A stretch of 64,000 bases of DNA from Phyllobates terribilis (GCF_046119375.1 NW_027362768.1:367598001-367662000), one strand, 5' to 3'. Positions 1-13,090 are shown, numbered from the stretch's first letter. The notes: generated from the letters alone by a model not told the origin. Made by a program: numbers and translations.

Positions 1-2835
1 GTGGAGGCGTAGGTTTCCTCCTATCAGAACTCTGCGCTTTCACCAAAATCCCACTGCCACCCTCCGTTACACTCCCCTCTTTTGAGGTGCACTGTGTGCG
101 CATCTATTCCCCCTCCAACTGGCCGTCGTTTACCGACCCCCAGGGCAAGCCACCACCTTCTTAGACCATTTCACCACCTGGCTGCTTCACTTCCTTTCCA
201 CTGACATCCCCACTATCATAATGGGTGACTTCAACATCCCCATTGACACTCCCCACTCGTCTGTCTCTAAGCTCCTATCCCTCACTTCCTCCTTTGGACT
301 CACTCAATGGTCTTCCACACCCACCCACAAAGATGGCCACATACTGGACCTCATCTTCACCCGCTTCTGTTCCCTATCTAACCTCTCTAACTCACCACTC
401 CCTCTCTCTGACCATAACCTCCTCACATTTTCTACCCTCTCCTCTCCGGGTGCACAATCCCCACTCCACAAACTCACACACCCTCGCAGAAATCTCAAAC
501 ACCTTGACCTACACTCTCTCTCTGAATCCCTCCTTCCTCTCACAGACATAAATTCCTTACACGATGCAGACGTTGCTGCTGCTTCATATAACACCACAAT
601 AGCTTCAGCTCTAGACTCGATCGCCCCTCTCACACACACCACACCTTGCACATCCAACAGGCAACCCTGGCACACTAAACTTACCAAAGAACTGCGCCGG
701 GCCTCCAGGGTTGCGGAGCGGAGATGGAAAAGGTCTCACTCCATCGAGCACTTCATCGCATTCAAGCAATCCCTCACTAATTTCAAGTCCGCACTCACTA
801 CAGCAAAACAAACCTACTTCTCATCTCTCATATCCTCCCTATCTCACAACCCTAAACAGCTATTTAACACTTTCAACTCTCTCCTTCGTCCCCCAGCACC
901 TCCTCCCTCTTCTCTCATCTCAGCCGACGACTTTGCCTCATTCTTCAAACAGAAGATTGACACCATCAGACAAAACTTTTGCCTAAAGTCCACACAACCC
1001 CTCCTCATATCTACTCAACCCTCCTCCTCCAAACCCCACTTCTCCACCATTACAGAAGGTCAAGTTTCCTCTTTACTTTCCAAATCACACCTCACCACCT
1101 GCGAACTTGACCCAATCCCATCCCACCTCATCACTAACCTCACCACAGTCTTCATCCCAACCCTAACCCACCTCTTCAATCTATCACTAACAACCGGAGT
1201 CTTCCCCTCATGTTTCAAACATGCCGCAATCACACCCATCCTCAAAAAGCCCTCCCTTGACCCTTCCTCTCTGACTAGCTACCGCCCCATATCACTCCTC
1301 CCCTTTGCCTCAAAACTTCTAGAACAACATGTCCACCTTGAACTGTCCTCCCACCTCTCCTCCTGCTCCCTCTTCGACCGTCTACAATCTGGCTTCCGAC
1401 CGCATCACTCGATTGAAACTGCCCTGACCAAAGTCACCAACGACCTACTAAATGCCAAATCCAAGCAACACTACTCCATCCTCCTCCTTCTGGACCTGTC
1501 ATCTGCCTTTGACACAGTGGACCATTCCCTCTTACTCCAGATTCTCTCATCTCTTGGCATAACGGACTTGGCTCTATCTTGGATCTCCTCATACTTAACA
1601 GACAGGACATTCAGCGTCTCCCACTCACGCACCACCTCCTCATCTCGCCCCCTATCTGTCGGTGTCCCCCAAGGTTCAGTTCTAGGACCTCTGCTCTTCT
1701 CCATCTACACCTTCGGCCTGGGACAGCTCATAGAGTCTCACGGCTTTCAGTATCACCTCTATGCTGATGACACACAGACCTACCTCTCTGGACCCGATAT
1801 CTCCTCCCTACTAACCAGAATCCCACAATGTCTGTCCGCCATCTCATCCTTCTTCTCCGACAGATTTCTAAAACTCAACATGGATAAAACAGAGTTCATC
1901 ATCTTTCCACCCTCTCATTCACATCCCCCATCCGACCTATCCATCAACGTCAATGGCTGTTCACTCTCCCCAGTCCCACAAGCTCGCTGCCTTGGGGTAA
2001 CCCTGGACTCTGGTCTCTCCTTCAAGCCACATATCCAAGCCCTTTCCACCTCCTGCCGACTCCAACTCAAAAACATCTCCCGGATCCGTGCATTCCTCAG
2101 CAAAGACTCTGCAAAAACACTAGTGCATGCCCTCATCATATCCCGCCTCGACTACTGCAACCTCCTGCTCCGTGGCCTCCCTTCCAACACTCTTGCACCT
2201 CTCCAATCTATCCTAAACTCTGCAGCTCGACTAATCCACCTGTCCCCCCGCTATTCCCCGGCCTCTCCTCTCTGTCAATCCCTTCACTGGCTCCCCATTG
2301 CCCAGAGAATTCAGTTCAAAACCCTAACCATGGCATACAAAGCCATTCACAACATGTCTCCACCATACATCTGTGACCTAGTCTCCCGGTACTTACCTGC
2401 ACGCAACCTCCGATCCTCACAAGATCTCCTTCTCTACTCCCCTCTTATCTCCTCCTCCCACAATCGTATACAAGATTTCTCCCATGCATCCCCCCTACTC
2501 TGGAACTCTCTACCCCAACATATCAGACTCTCGCCGACCGTGGAAACCTTCAAAAGGAACCTGAAGACCCACCTCTTCCGACAAGCCTACAACCTGCAGT
2601 AACCACCACTCCACAAATAATGCTGCACGACCAGCTCTACCCTCACCTACTGTATCCTCACCCATCCCTTGTAGACTGTGAGCCCTCGCGGGCAGGGTCC
2701 TCGCTCCTCCTGTACCAGTCGCTGACTCGTTTTGTTAAGATTATGTAAATGCTTTTGTTATGTATATCCCTATCACATGTAAAGCGCCATGGAATAAATG
2801 GCGCTATAATAATAAATAATAATAATAATAATAAT
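1..2835 (+). mobile_element. L2-type (CR1/L2 clade) LINE: partial ORF2 (endonuclease plus reverse transcriptase), 3' UTR and (TAA)n tail; continues off the left edge
   Basis: ORF 221-2602 carries endonuclease motifs ([13 protein letters not shown]) and RT motifs ([36 protein letters not shown]). The 3' UTR has the L2-like TAGACTGTGAGCCCTCGCGGGCAGGG, and the AATAAA(TAA)n tail runs 2811-2835. Upstream coding switches frame near 109-113. Confidence 0.95.
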
Positions 2836-2851
2836 AGTAAAAATGCCACAA

Positions 2852-2975
2852 CCAATATGGCTTCTTAAACAGCAGCCTGACGTCACATCCTGCACAGGCC
2901 TTTGGTTCTACAGATATTTTCTTCCGTCTGACAACTAGGTAAGAAAAGAAAGGTTCCGTTGTCTTACATTCCGAC
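2852..2975 (+). promoter_or_regulatory. Probable DALRD3 proximal promoter
   Basis: CCAAT at 2852-2856, a perfect CRE palindrome TGACGTCA at 2878-2885, TTCCG ETS-like cores, and CpG-rich sequence running into exon 1. The ATG at 2976 has a good Kozak context (GACATGG). Confidence 0.55.
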
Positions 2976-5900
2976 ATGGAGGCTGAGTCCTGCGGTACCG
3001 GACCAGTGTGGGTGTCTGAGGCTCTGCGGGTCCTGGGTAACGCGCTGCTGGGCTCTTGTGCGCCCTCTACTGTATGGTTCAAAGAAAGCAGCCAGAAGAA
3101 CCTTAGGAGTAGAGACTTCCTAGTACCCAGGGGCGCGCTGAAGACAAGCTTCCCGGATGGAGAGGTGCATGCAGGGTGCAGGTCACATGGCTGTAATCAG
3201 CGCGCAGATGCTGCTCGTTTTGAGTTACTGGTGAATGCAGATGTCAGGGTCACGTGTGTGGTCAGAGCTGCACTTTGCACTAGAAGGCGTGAAACGTTTT
3301 GGAATTTAAAATTAACTTCTATGGAGGGAACAGACCTGCGACTTCATCAGATTGTGTAACATTGTGCAGATTTGTTTCCACCTTATCTTAATGTGTTGTG
3401 CTGTCTGCTGAGCCGGTGTATCTAATCTCGCCATATAGGGGGAGACCTTGCATCTAAGCCTATCCTATATGATACAGCTGCGCCAGTGCATCTAAGCCTA
3501 TCCTATATGATACCACTGCGCCAGTGCATCTAAGCCTATCCTATATGATACCACTGCGCCAGTGCATCTAAGCCTATCCTATATGATACAGCTGCGCCAG
3601 TGCATCTAAGCCTATCCTACATGATACCGCTGCGCCAGTGCATCTAAGCCTATCCTATATGATACCACTGCGCTCGTGTATCTAAACTTATACTATATGA
3701 TACCACTGCGCTCGTGTATCTTAGCCTATCCTACATGATACCACTGTGCCCGTGTATCTAAGCCTATCCTATATGATACCGCTGCGCCAGTGCATCTAAG
3801 CCTATCCTATATGATACCACAGCGCCCGTGTATCTAAGCCTATCCTACATGATACCGCTGCGCCCGTTTATCTAAACTTATATGATACCACAGCTCTTGT
3901 GTATCTTAACCTATCCTATATGATACCGCTGCGTCAGTGAATCCAAGCCTATCCTGCATGATACCACTGCGCCCGTGTATCTAAACTTATACTATATGAT
4001 ACCACTGCGCTCGTGTATCTTAGCCTATCCTATATGATACCGCTCCGCCCGTGTATCTAATCTCTCCATATAGGGGGAGACCTTGCATCCAAGCCTATCC
4101 TATGATACCGCTATGTCCGTGCATCTAAGCCTATCCTATATGATACCGCTACGCCTGTGTATCTAAACGTATACTATATGATACCGCTGCGCCCGTGTAT
4201 CTAAACTTATACTATATGATACTGCTGCGCCCGTGTATCTTAGGCTATCCTATATGATACCGCTGCGCCAGTGCGTCCAAGTCTATCATATAGGATAGGC
4301 TTAGATGCACGGTGTATCTAATCCTATCCTACATGATGCCACTGTGCCCGTGTATCTAAGCCTATCTATATGATACCGCTGTGCCAGTGCATCCAAGCCT
4401 ATCCTATATGATACCGCTGTCTGTGTATCTAAGCCTATCCTATGATACCGCTATGCCCGTGTATCTAAGCCTATCCTATGATACCACTATGCCCGTGTAT
4501 CTAAGCCTATCCTACATGATACCGCTGTGCCCGTGTATCTACGCCTATCCTATATGATACTGCTGCACCAGTGCATCTAAGCCTATCCTATATGATACCG
4601 CTGCGCCTGTGTATCTAAACGTATACTATATGATACTGCTGCGCCTGTGTATCTTAGCCTATCCTATATGATACCGCTGTGCCCGTGCATCATACACGGG
4701 CACAGCGGTATCATATAGGATAGGCTTAGAAACACAGGCGCAGCGGTATCATAGGATAGGCTTAGATAGACTTGGATGCACTGGTGCAGCGGTATCATAT
4801 AGGATAGGCTTAGATACACGGTGTATCTAATCCTATCCTACATGATACCACTGCGCCCGTGTATCTAAGCCTATCTATATGATACCGCAGCACCAGTGCA
4901 TCTAAGCCTATCCTATATGATACCGCTGCGCCCGTGTATCTAAACGTATACTATATGATACCGCTGCGCCCGTGTATCTAAACTTATACTATATGATACC
5001 GCTGCGCCCGTGTATCTAAACTTATACTATGATACCGCTGTGCCAGTGCATCCAAGCCTATCCTATGATACCGCTGCGCCCGTGTATCTAAGCCTATCCT
5101 ACATGATACCGCAGCACCAGTGCATCTAAGCCTATCCTATATGATACCGCTGCGCCCGTGTATCTAAACGTATACTATATGATACCGCTGCGCCCGTGTA
5201 TCTAAACGTATACTATATGATACCGCTGCGCCCGTGTATCTAAACTTATACTATGATACCGCTGCGCCAGTGCATCCAAGCCTATCCTATGATACCGCTG
5301 CGCCCGTGTATCTAAGCCTTTCCTATATGATACCGCTGCGCCAGTGCATCTAAGCCTATCGTGTGATACTGCCGAATGTGTATCTAAGCCCATCATATAC
5401 AATGCTGTGTATCTGAGCTTGTACTGGCAGTTCTTGTAATGACTTGTCCCTTACTAATGTTCTTGGATTTTCCAGGTTCCTGCGGATCTTGTACAGACGC
5501 TGACATCTCTGGCTGCCCCGGGTCTCCCGCCGGTGAAGACATGTCTGCAGTCTGAGGCCGGACTAGTCGTTCAGTTGGACAGACCTGCAGTTTTCCATCG
5601 TGTTCTCCGAGACTTCTCTCCATATCTGAAACCTCTTCCCTGTGTAGATGATGGACAGCACATTGTCATCCTGAACTGTGCTCCGCTGCACGGCTGTAGG
5701 AGTCTGGAGACACTGCGACTGAGCCACCTGAGAGCCGCGCTAGTAGCCGATCACCTGGCTAAAGTCCTCACCTTAAAGGGGTCCGTTAATCCCTTATACT
5801 TCATGCACAACTAGAGCTAAATTCAGGACTGGTTTTCTACCTGCAGGAGCTCATAACCTGCATTATTCTTTTCTTTTTTAGAAAACAAGTATCCCTGGTC

Positions 5901-6404
5901 CCCGTCAGGCTCTGCAAGGAGGTGGATGAATTCCTGAGCCAGCTGGGGATCTCATGGCCTTGTGCAGACGCTGCAGCTTCTCTAGAAGAGACTGTTTTGA
6001 GTTTTAAGGACTTCCTAAGAGACTATATCCAACATAGCAGACATGTGGACTCTACACCTGGAGTAATCAGTTTGCAACTCAAAACCTTTGCAGAGAAGCA
6101 CAACATAAGCCTACAAGGATATGACCCAAATCTAGACTTCTTTATTGGTAAACCAAAATCAGATTCGCATATCTGAATTAAATTAGAGATCCTTAAGGGG
6201 GACTTTATCACTCTATTAAAATATGCTTTATCAACCAGTATAACAATAATGATTTTTTTAGCTGATTGCAGTACCAGACACTGCCAGTAGGAGTCTCCTT
6301 TTTACTGTAATTCAGCCCATATTGAACTTTATGCTGTTGTGACATCTGCTGGTCGCATAGAGTACTGCAGCTGCAACTATGAGAGTAATAAACCCCAATA
6401 TGTG

Positions 6405-6446
<42 letters not shown>

Positions 6447-9400
6447 TAAATAATATCCTGGAACTCAGTTTGTCTTCCTGTTAGACCCCTCACTCAGAAA
6501 TATTTTTCTTATGTAGTGAGTGAAGATGATCTACGGCATGTGGCAATGTTGCAGAGATCCGCCCAGGAGGTAAGTAATCCTATAAGCGTCCTCTAGATGC
6601 ACTGTTCTTACCATTCTGAATTTTCTCATAATTATGATTTTTGTACATTTTCAGCAGACGTCCTCCAGTATGGTGTTACACATCGTCGGCTGCGAGGAAG
6701 AGTTCCATCAGCAGAAAGTGGACCTTCTCTGGAGGTTGCTGGTCCCCAGCAATGGAGATGTCACTCAGGTACTCACAAATCTAAGATGCTTACCCTCCAA
6801 AGATGCACAGCATGAATGTTGCAGCAGACTTTTCACTTGCACCCCCAGAGGCCCCATACATACAGCCACAATGGCTTTATAAGTGGCGAGTACAATGCCG
6901 CCATAAATGCCAGCAGAATTTTATCCAATATTTTGCTATGGGTGATTTGTTGATGACCGATTCTCACAAGTTATTGGCTATAAGTATTTGAGAGTCTAGG
7001 CGGCGTTCATCTGGGCCCCCAGAGGGCTGCTGTGTTGTGTCTTATATTCTGTGCTACCTAAGTGTTCCTTTTGTAATTTGTAATCAATCTGGATGAAATG
7101 CATAAAAAAATGAAGCTTGCTGTTGTTCTGGAAGTTGTAGTTCGGACATAGGTTGCAAAGCACTACAGGAATGGGCAGTATTGATGTGTTTTGGCTATAT
7201 AGAAATGTCCATTCTGGAGGCGCGGGGTTAATTTGAGCTGTGGGATGAAACACTTCCTGCAGTTGCAGCTCCTGATCCTGCTCTGAGATTATGGGGGCTC
7301 AGTTTCCTGAGTCAGGTCCCCTGTATTATACTGCAGTAGATAGACCAGATCAGCAGATGTGCCTTGTGGATTATAAGGATCTGTACAAATGTTCCCGCAC
7401 ATTACCAGGACCTGATATGCAGGGAATGTCCATAGTGGGGGGAACGTGCACTAGTAGAGGGGCCTCGCTGTTCTCCAGTCACAATGATGGTCGCTGCTCT
7501 TTTCACAGCTGCAACGTCTACTGGTGTCTGAGCTTGTTTGAAATAACCCTGTGTGTCTCAGGCTGCACTGTCCAACCCTCATACTTTACACTGCAGCTCT
7601 GCTTCTGCAAATTACGAACTGAATAAATGGGTATCATGTTTCAGTTGCCCCTGTGTATTATAGATCTGATGTTACTGTTGCTTATTTTACAGAAGCATCT
7701 GATATGTGGTCCTGTAAAACTTCTCAACTCTGCGACACTCATCAGCTGCTCTCAGTACTTTCAGTAAGTTCTTCTCAGTGTGTCCTCAACACACATCATT
7801 AAACATGGTCCTGTCAGAAGGGAATGATCCATCTATGGCTGCGACAAATGTAAACAGGTTGCCCTCTAGTGGTGGCAAAAAGTAGTTTAGAATTTCACAG
7901 GTACACTATATGCAGAAAAGTATATGCCCCCTCGTCTCACCTCCAGGAGCTTTTCTGACCTTCCTTTCTACACCCTTGGATATTAATAAAGAGTCGTCCC
8001 CTCTGCAGATATAACGGCTCCCGCTGTCCTGGGAGGGATTTCTGCAAAGTTTTGGGGGACTGTTTCCTCAACAATAGTGATGATCGAGCATGCTCGTTGC
8101 TCGAGATTTACGAGCATGCTCGGGCGAGCACCTATTATCTTCAGTGTGCTCGGGCGTTAAGTTTTCATCGCTCCGTGAACATGATTTGTGACTGTTTGAC
8201 AGCTTTAATACATGTGAGGAATGGTGCAAAAATAGGCATTCCTCACATGCATTAAAGCTGTCAGTCACAAATCATGTTCAGGGAGCAACAAAAACTTAAC
8301 GCCCGAGCACGCTGAAGATAATAGGTGCTCGCCCGAGCATGCTCGTAAATCATCACTACTCAACAACCCAGAAGAGCATTTGTGAGGTCAGACCCTGATT
8401 TTGAGGGAAGGGTGGAAGGCCGGGCTCACAATCTCCATTATAGGTATTGGTTAGGGCTGAGGTCAGGGTTCTGTGCAGCCGGTCTTGCTCATCCACCAAA
8501 CTTCCCCCATGTCTGTATGGACCTTGTGAACTGGACATCGGGAACAGAAAAGGGTCTTCTCCAAACTGTTTACTCAAAGCTGGAAGCTACAGTTGTCCAA
8601 AATGTCATGTGCTGAAGAATTAAGAAGAGAAGAGACCGACCCCTACCCCTGATAACAGCCCATAGCTTTATCCTCCTCCATCTGTACAGGGGCACAAAGC
8701 AGTCAGGGGGTAACGTGCTACTGTAATCACCAAACCCAGACTCCATTCGACGCAGATAGAGAAGTGCGATCCGTCACTGCACAGAACACGTCTCCTCCAA
8801 AGTCCAGTGGTGGCGGCTTTACACCACTTCATCTGACGCTCGGCATTGTGCTTGGTGATGTACGGCTGCATACAGCTGCTCTGCCATGAAGCTCCCGGTG
8901 GGGGCGCAGTATTTGTGTTGACGTTGAAAACGGAATTCAGTGGTTAAGACTTGTGGTCCTATACTTTTCTCCATACAGTGTATATGCAAAGAATGCTGCA
9001 CATTATTTAAAATGCTGTTTTTTTTTCTGATATATATTATTGACATGGTGACTCATTGCTGTATCTCATGGTAATTCTTTCCAATTGTCTTCCCCAGGCT
9101 GCGGAAATCTCAAATGCTGGAAGCCTCAGTCATGAAATATGGAGAAAGTGTTCAAGGTTGTGACCTATGCATTTTTCTCTTTGTAAGGCTGCATTCACAC
9201 ATTTCCTTTCTTTAATCTGTCAAAAACAGACTGTTTATCTCTCGTGTCAAGCGTGTACCATCTGTTTTGTTTATCTCATACTTTTTTTTTAAAAAACTGA
9301 AGGTGTAAACTGTGTGAACTTTCTTTTATCCGTTAACTCGCATTGAGTTGAAAACTCACTGATGTACAAAGTTTGTCTTTTGCTTTATACAGATCCCCAT

Positions 9401-12400
9401 AGACTTTACTGGCCGAGTCTGATTCACTGATTAGAATAGGACTCGCTCTGAGTCTCAAGGATCGGAAATGTGGATCCCTTGTTAAAACTGATGTGTGTGT
9501 ATGGATCAGTGACTTTCTCTGGGTCAATGTCCTGCCTGTTTAAAAAATGGATGTGTGAATGCAGCCTAAAGTTTAGTTAAGAAGATGCAGAGAGGCATTT
9601 GTGCACCCTTAGCTCTGCAGGCGACGGGCTGGTAACTTCCAGCAATCAGGTTGATGTTCACTGATGTCATTTGCCGGTGTGGGGCGACGTTGTGCGATGT
9701 CACGGCTCATCATCTCCTCGCTTTATGTCCAGGTGAGAGCTGGGATGAAATTATTAACTCTCTGACCTCGGCTGCAATCAAGTTTGAGTTAATGGCAACT
9801 CCCCATCGCTCCCAGGTAATATAGTCCCAGAAAGCATATATATATATATATATATAATTATATCTAGTGCTAGTGGAGATCCTGCTCTGCCTCTTATTCT
9901 GCTGCTGTCAGGACGTCCTCGGAGTCGTCCCCGTGGAGCCACAGGTTTGAAACGGGAGGGAAAAGAGAAGATGGAGCAGGATCAGACTACACAGGGTTTG
10001 TTTGTAGTCTGTATCTATGGAGACACACAGATCTGAATAGGAGCTGTATGCACAAAATAATACGACATTTTTAATCAAGACTATTTGCAAAGTTGCTTAG
10101 TTTTTTTTATTTTAGATGCAACGGGGAAATACTAAAAGGGGTGGCGAAAGTGTTTATACCTTTTATGAAAAGAGAGCAGGGGTTGGTCTTCATTATGAGG
10201 TCTGTATTACATTTCAGCAAAAAATGGTGACCACTGCTACATACAGTGGTGCGTCCATGGCGGCGGTGTATGGGGACATTCTTACCCATGAGCCCTCACT
10301 ATATTCATGCTTTGGGGTGACCAAAGTGAACAGTGGGACAAGCTGGAAAAAAAACTAATTCCAGTCTGATATATGATCCAATCTGCAGTCATAAATTACA
10401 ATAGCACATTTTTTTTTATACTTTTCCATTAAGGTGAACCTGAACTTGGGGGAGACCAACATCACAACCAAGGGAACGAAAAGTGGCGCATTTGTGATGT
10501 ATAACTGCGCCCGACTGGCCACCATGTTTGACAGCTATAAAGGCGCTGTCAGTCAAGGTACTATATCCGTCAGCTACTTTTGGGCTGCAGACTGTGTTCT
10601 GGTTATAAGAGATATATTCTTCTTTTCTCAGGCACCTATCCAGAGTTCCCACCGGCCGGAGATCTCAACTACTCCAGTCTACGTGAAGAGGTGAGAGAGC
10701 CCTGCTCCATGTCCCATCACAGTAATGAGAGTGGCGCCCCCTGGTGTTTATTATTTATCTGACAAACCATTTATAGGGACCAGAAGTTGTGAAGCAAAGA
10801 TCATGTTCTGTTTTGGACGGTTGCCTGTTAGGGCTTGAACACAACTTCTGTTTCATCACACAGGGAGAATGGCTCCTTCTCTTTAATTATATCATGATGT
10901 TCCCAGAGGTGCTCAGCCAGTCGGCACAGATGTCAGCGACCTCCCCCGGGATCCGGGTCACGGCCAACACCGAGGCGGTAAGATGTCTCCTGGGCTGGTT
11001 TACTATGTAAGGGAAAGAGACCAGGACACTGACAAGTGCATAGAGATGTAGTAGAGCTGAATTTGTCATGAATCTGGCTTTGCTATATCTGTGTCCTATA
11101 TGACTTTCACAAAAGAATTTCAAACTTCTTCTTTAATGCAACTTTAGATTTAAAGCTTTAGTGGTCAGGCTTCCGTTATTGGTGCTCCTGCAAGGGGCGG
11201 GCATAGCTACAAAGTCATCAAGGCGAGGAGTGTTCACACTTACCATGGAGCCCCCACTGACAGGTCACTTGGATGCAGGACCAGATACCTGAGCAGCGGG
11301 AGGCAAGTGGAGGGCACCAGGCAGTGACTACACATGATAAATGTAATGCCCACCAATGGTACCCGCACCTGTCACCAGAACTTGAGGCCCCCCGCAGTCA
11401 CCAGGGATTCAGGCTGAGGATGAGGAAAATGTGGCTGCAATGCTTTCCTTTTACTGCTATAACAAATATGGTAAACAGTCAAGCATGACTAAAAGTTTAT
11501 TCCCCAAAATTGCAAGTTATCCCCGATATGTACAATAGGGGATTAATTACTGATCGCTGCGGACTCTGACCTGTGGGACCCCTGAACAGGGCGGTGGATC
11601 CTAGATCAGAGGTGCATATGGTCAGCTAGGACTACTGGGAAAAGCAGAGCTGCTTTTTTTTGGAAGTCGCATAGATCAGGGTCCCCAACTCCAGTCCTCA
11701 AGGCCCACCAACAGGTCATGTTTTCAGGATTTCCTTAGTATTGCTCAGGGGATAATTGCATCACTTGTGTACTAGTAAGGAAATCCTGAAAACATGACCT
11801 GTTGGTGGGCCTTGAGGACTGGAGTTGGGGAACCCTGCCATAGATGATGAACAGAGCGGAGGTCGAGAATGCGCCACCTTCACTCCGTGCAGAACTGGGA
11901 TCTGCAAAGTCTGGTTCCTGGGATTTATATCCCTGTTCTTGTAACCTTTGGAGGTCCCTGAGGTTGGAACCCCAGTGACTGGTAAATTATCCCCAAATCC
12001 ATAGAATAGGGGGTTACCTTACTATTTTGGGAATAACCCTTTAATTACATGTTTCAGTAACTTCCATAGAAGTGAATGGAGAGAGCTGCATATGTACAGT
12101 CACCTCCTAAGGGCTCATGCAGATGTTATTTGGTCCGAGCACAGACTGACTGTAGGTCTCCCGACCCGTGCGTGACAGCCTCACAGGCATATATCAGGAG
12201 ATCTGCAAACAGTCCATGCTCGGACAGTCGCATCATCAGGGCGTGATGGAAATTATATTATTGCAATAGCCACTAAGCCCCGAATCGGCGCTGACTACAT
12301 CAGAGCATCTCTACAGCTGCAGAACATCCCACTTGTCAGGGCCGATGTATTATACATTGACTATTGGTTTTATTTCAGGTGTGTAAATTCCTTGTCAGCC

Positions 12401-12653
12401 TCAGCATGGATTTCAGCTGTTACTACAACAGGGTGCACATATTAGGGGTGAGTGATATCACACAGCTTTATCTACAGATTGTGAGTTTTTGTTAGTTTGC
12501 AATGAAATAAAACACGTTCCATGCCTTTTGCAGGAGCCGCTGCCTCATCTCTTCAGTCAGATGTTTGCTCGCCTGCAGCTGATGAAAGCCGTTCAGAGCG
12601 TGCTGCATTCTGCATTAAAGACGCTTCATATTTTACCATTGACTCAGATATAG
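2976..12653 (+). CDS. DALRD3: DALR anticodon-binding domain-containing protein 3, 13 coding exons, 541 aa
   Basis: Exons 2976-3164, 5476-5780, 5882-6147, 6517-6569, 6655-6768, 7693-7763, 9098-9156, 9733-9815, 10434-10557, 10632-10690, 10864-10977, 12379-12447 and 12534-12653. All introns are GT-AG, phases are consistent and the total is 1626 nt. Motifs [52 protein letters not shown] and [17 protein letters not shown] match DALRD3 as recalled. Confidence 0.95.
3445..5395. repeat. 38 bp minisatellite in DALRD3 intron 1, about 50 units, with internal inverted blocks
   Basis: Unit CATCTAAGCCTATCCTATATGATACC(A/G)CTGCGCC(A/C)GTG. Reverse-complement units occur at about 4285-4312 and about 4690-4822. 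Confidence 0.95.
8075..8358. mobile_element. hAT-type palindromic MITE
   Basis: Termini TAGTGATGA...TCATCACTA, a perfect 8 bp TSD CTCAACAA (8067-8074 and 8359-8366), and arms complementary almost to the centre. Confidence 0.9.
8370..8945 (-). mobile_element. Degenerate Tc1 transposase fragment
   Basis: Minus-strand peptides [17 protein letters not shown]...[12 protein letters not shown] and [10 protein letters not shown] resemble Tc1 transposase segments, with frameshifts. Confidence 0.75.
9187..9566. mobile_element. PIF/Harbinger-type MITE
   Basis: TIR GGCTGCATTCACACAT...ATGTGTGAATGCAGCC, with TAA on both sides (9184-9186 and 9567-9569). Confidence 0.85.
11491..12044. mobile_element. Old TTAA-type (T2/Kolobok-like) MITE interrupted by a hAT MITE
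   Basis: Left end TTATTCCCCAAAAT is the inverse of right end ATTTTGGGAATAACCCTTTAA. Confidence 0.55.
11677..11837. mobile_element. hAT (Charlie-like) palindromic MITE
   Basis: Termini CAGGGTCCCCAACTCCAGTCCTCAAGGCCC...GGGCCTTGAGGACTGGAGTTGGGGAACCCTG, with 8 bp flanks GCATAGAT and CCATAGAT (7/8 identical). Confidence 0.9.
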
Positions 12654-13090
12654 GACTGAAGATCAGACACTATAGGGCTGATGCATACATGAACTATCTA
12701 TGGTCCTGGTATTAGCCTGTACACCTGGAGAACAAGTGGTCTTATCAGGAGGAATCATATGACACCGACATTGAAAGAACTTTTATATCCATCACCAGCA
12801 ACTGGGATAGGGGATGATGCCATAATACTCATCCAATGGGCCCCTGGAAATAAGCAGCCTCCAATAAGTTTACCAGACACTTCTCTTACTCTTCTTGACC
12901 TGGGACATTCCAGAAATCTATTGAATGTCTTTTATTCTGTGATTTTAGGGAGTGTAGAGAGAATGGCTGATTGGGGATAAAAAATGTAAATATTCTCTGT
13001 CTCCGTTTTAACATATTTATTGTGAGTTATCATCCATGATAACTCGACAGTAATGGTAAATGCTGATAAAATGCACTTTATCTTGAAGAT

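Noticed and set aside
3165-3359. Continuation of the 127 aa ORF from 2976
   Set aside because: It is read-through into intron 1; DALRD3 similarity stops at DGE and resumes at 5476.
2836-5475. miR-191/miR-425, expected near DALRD3 from human synteny
   Set aside because: Neither mature sequence was found by eye here; they may lie left of the window.
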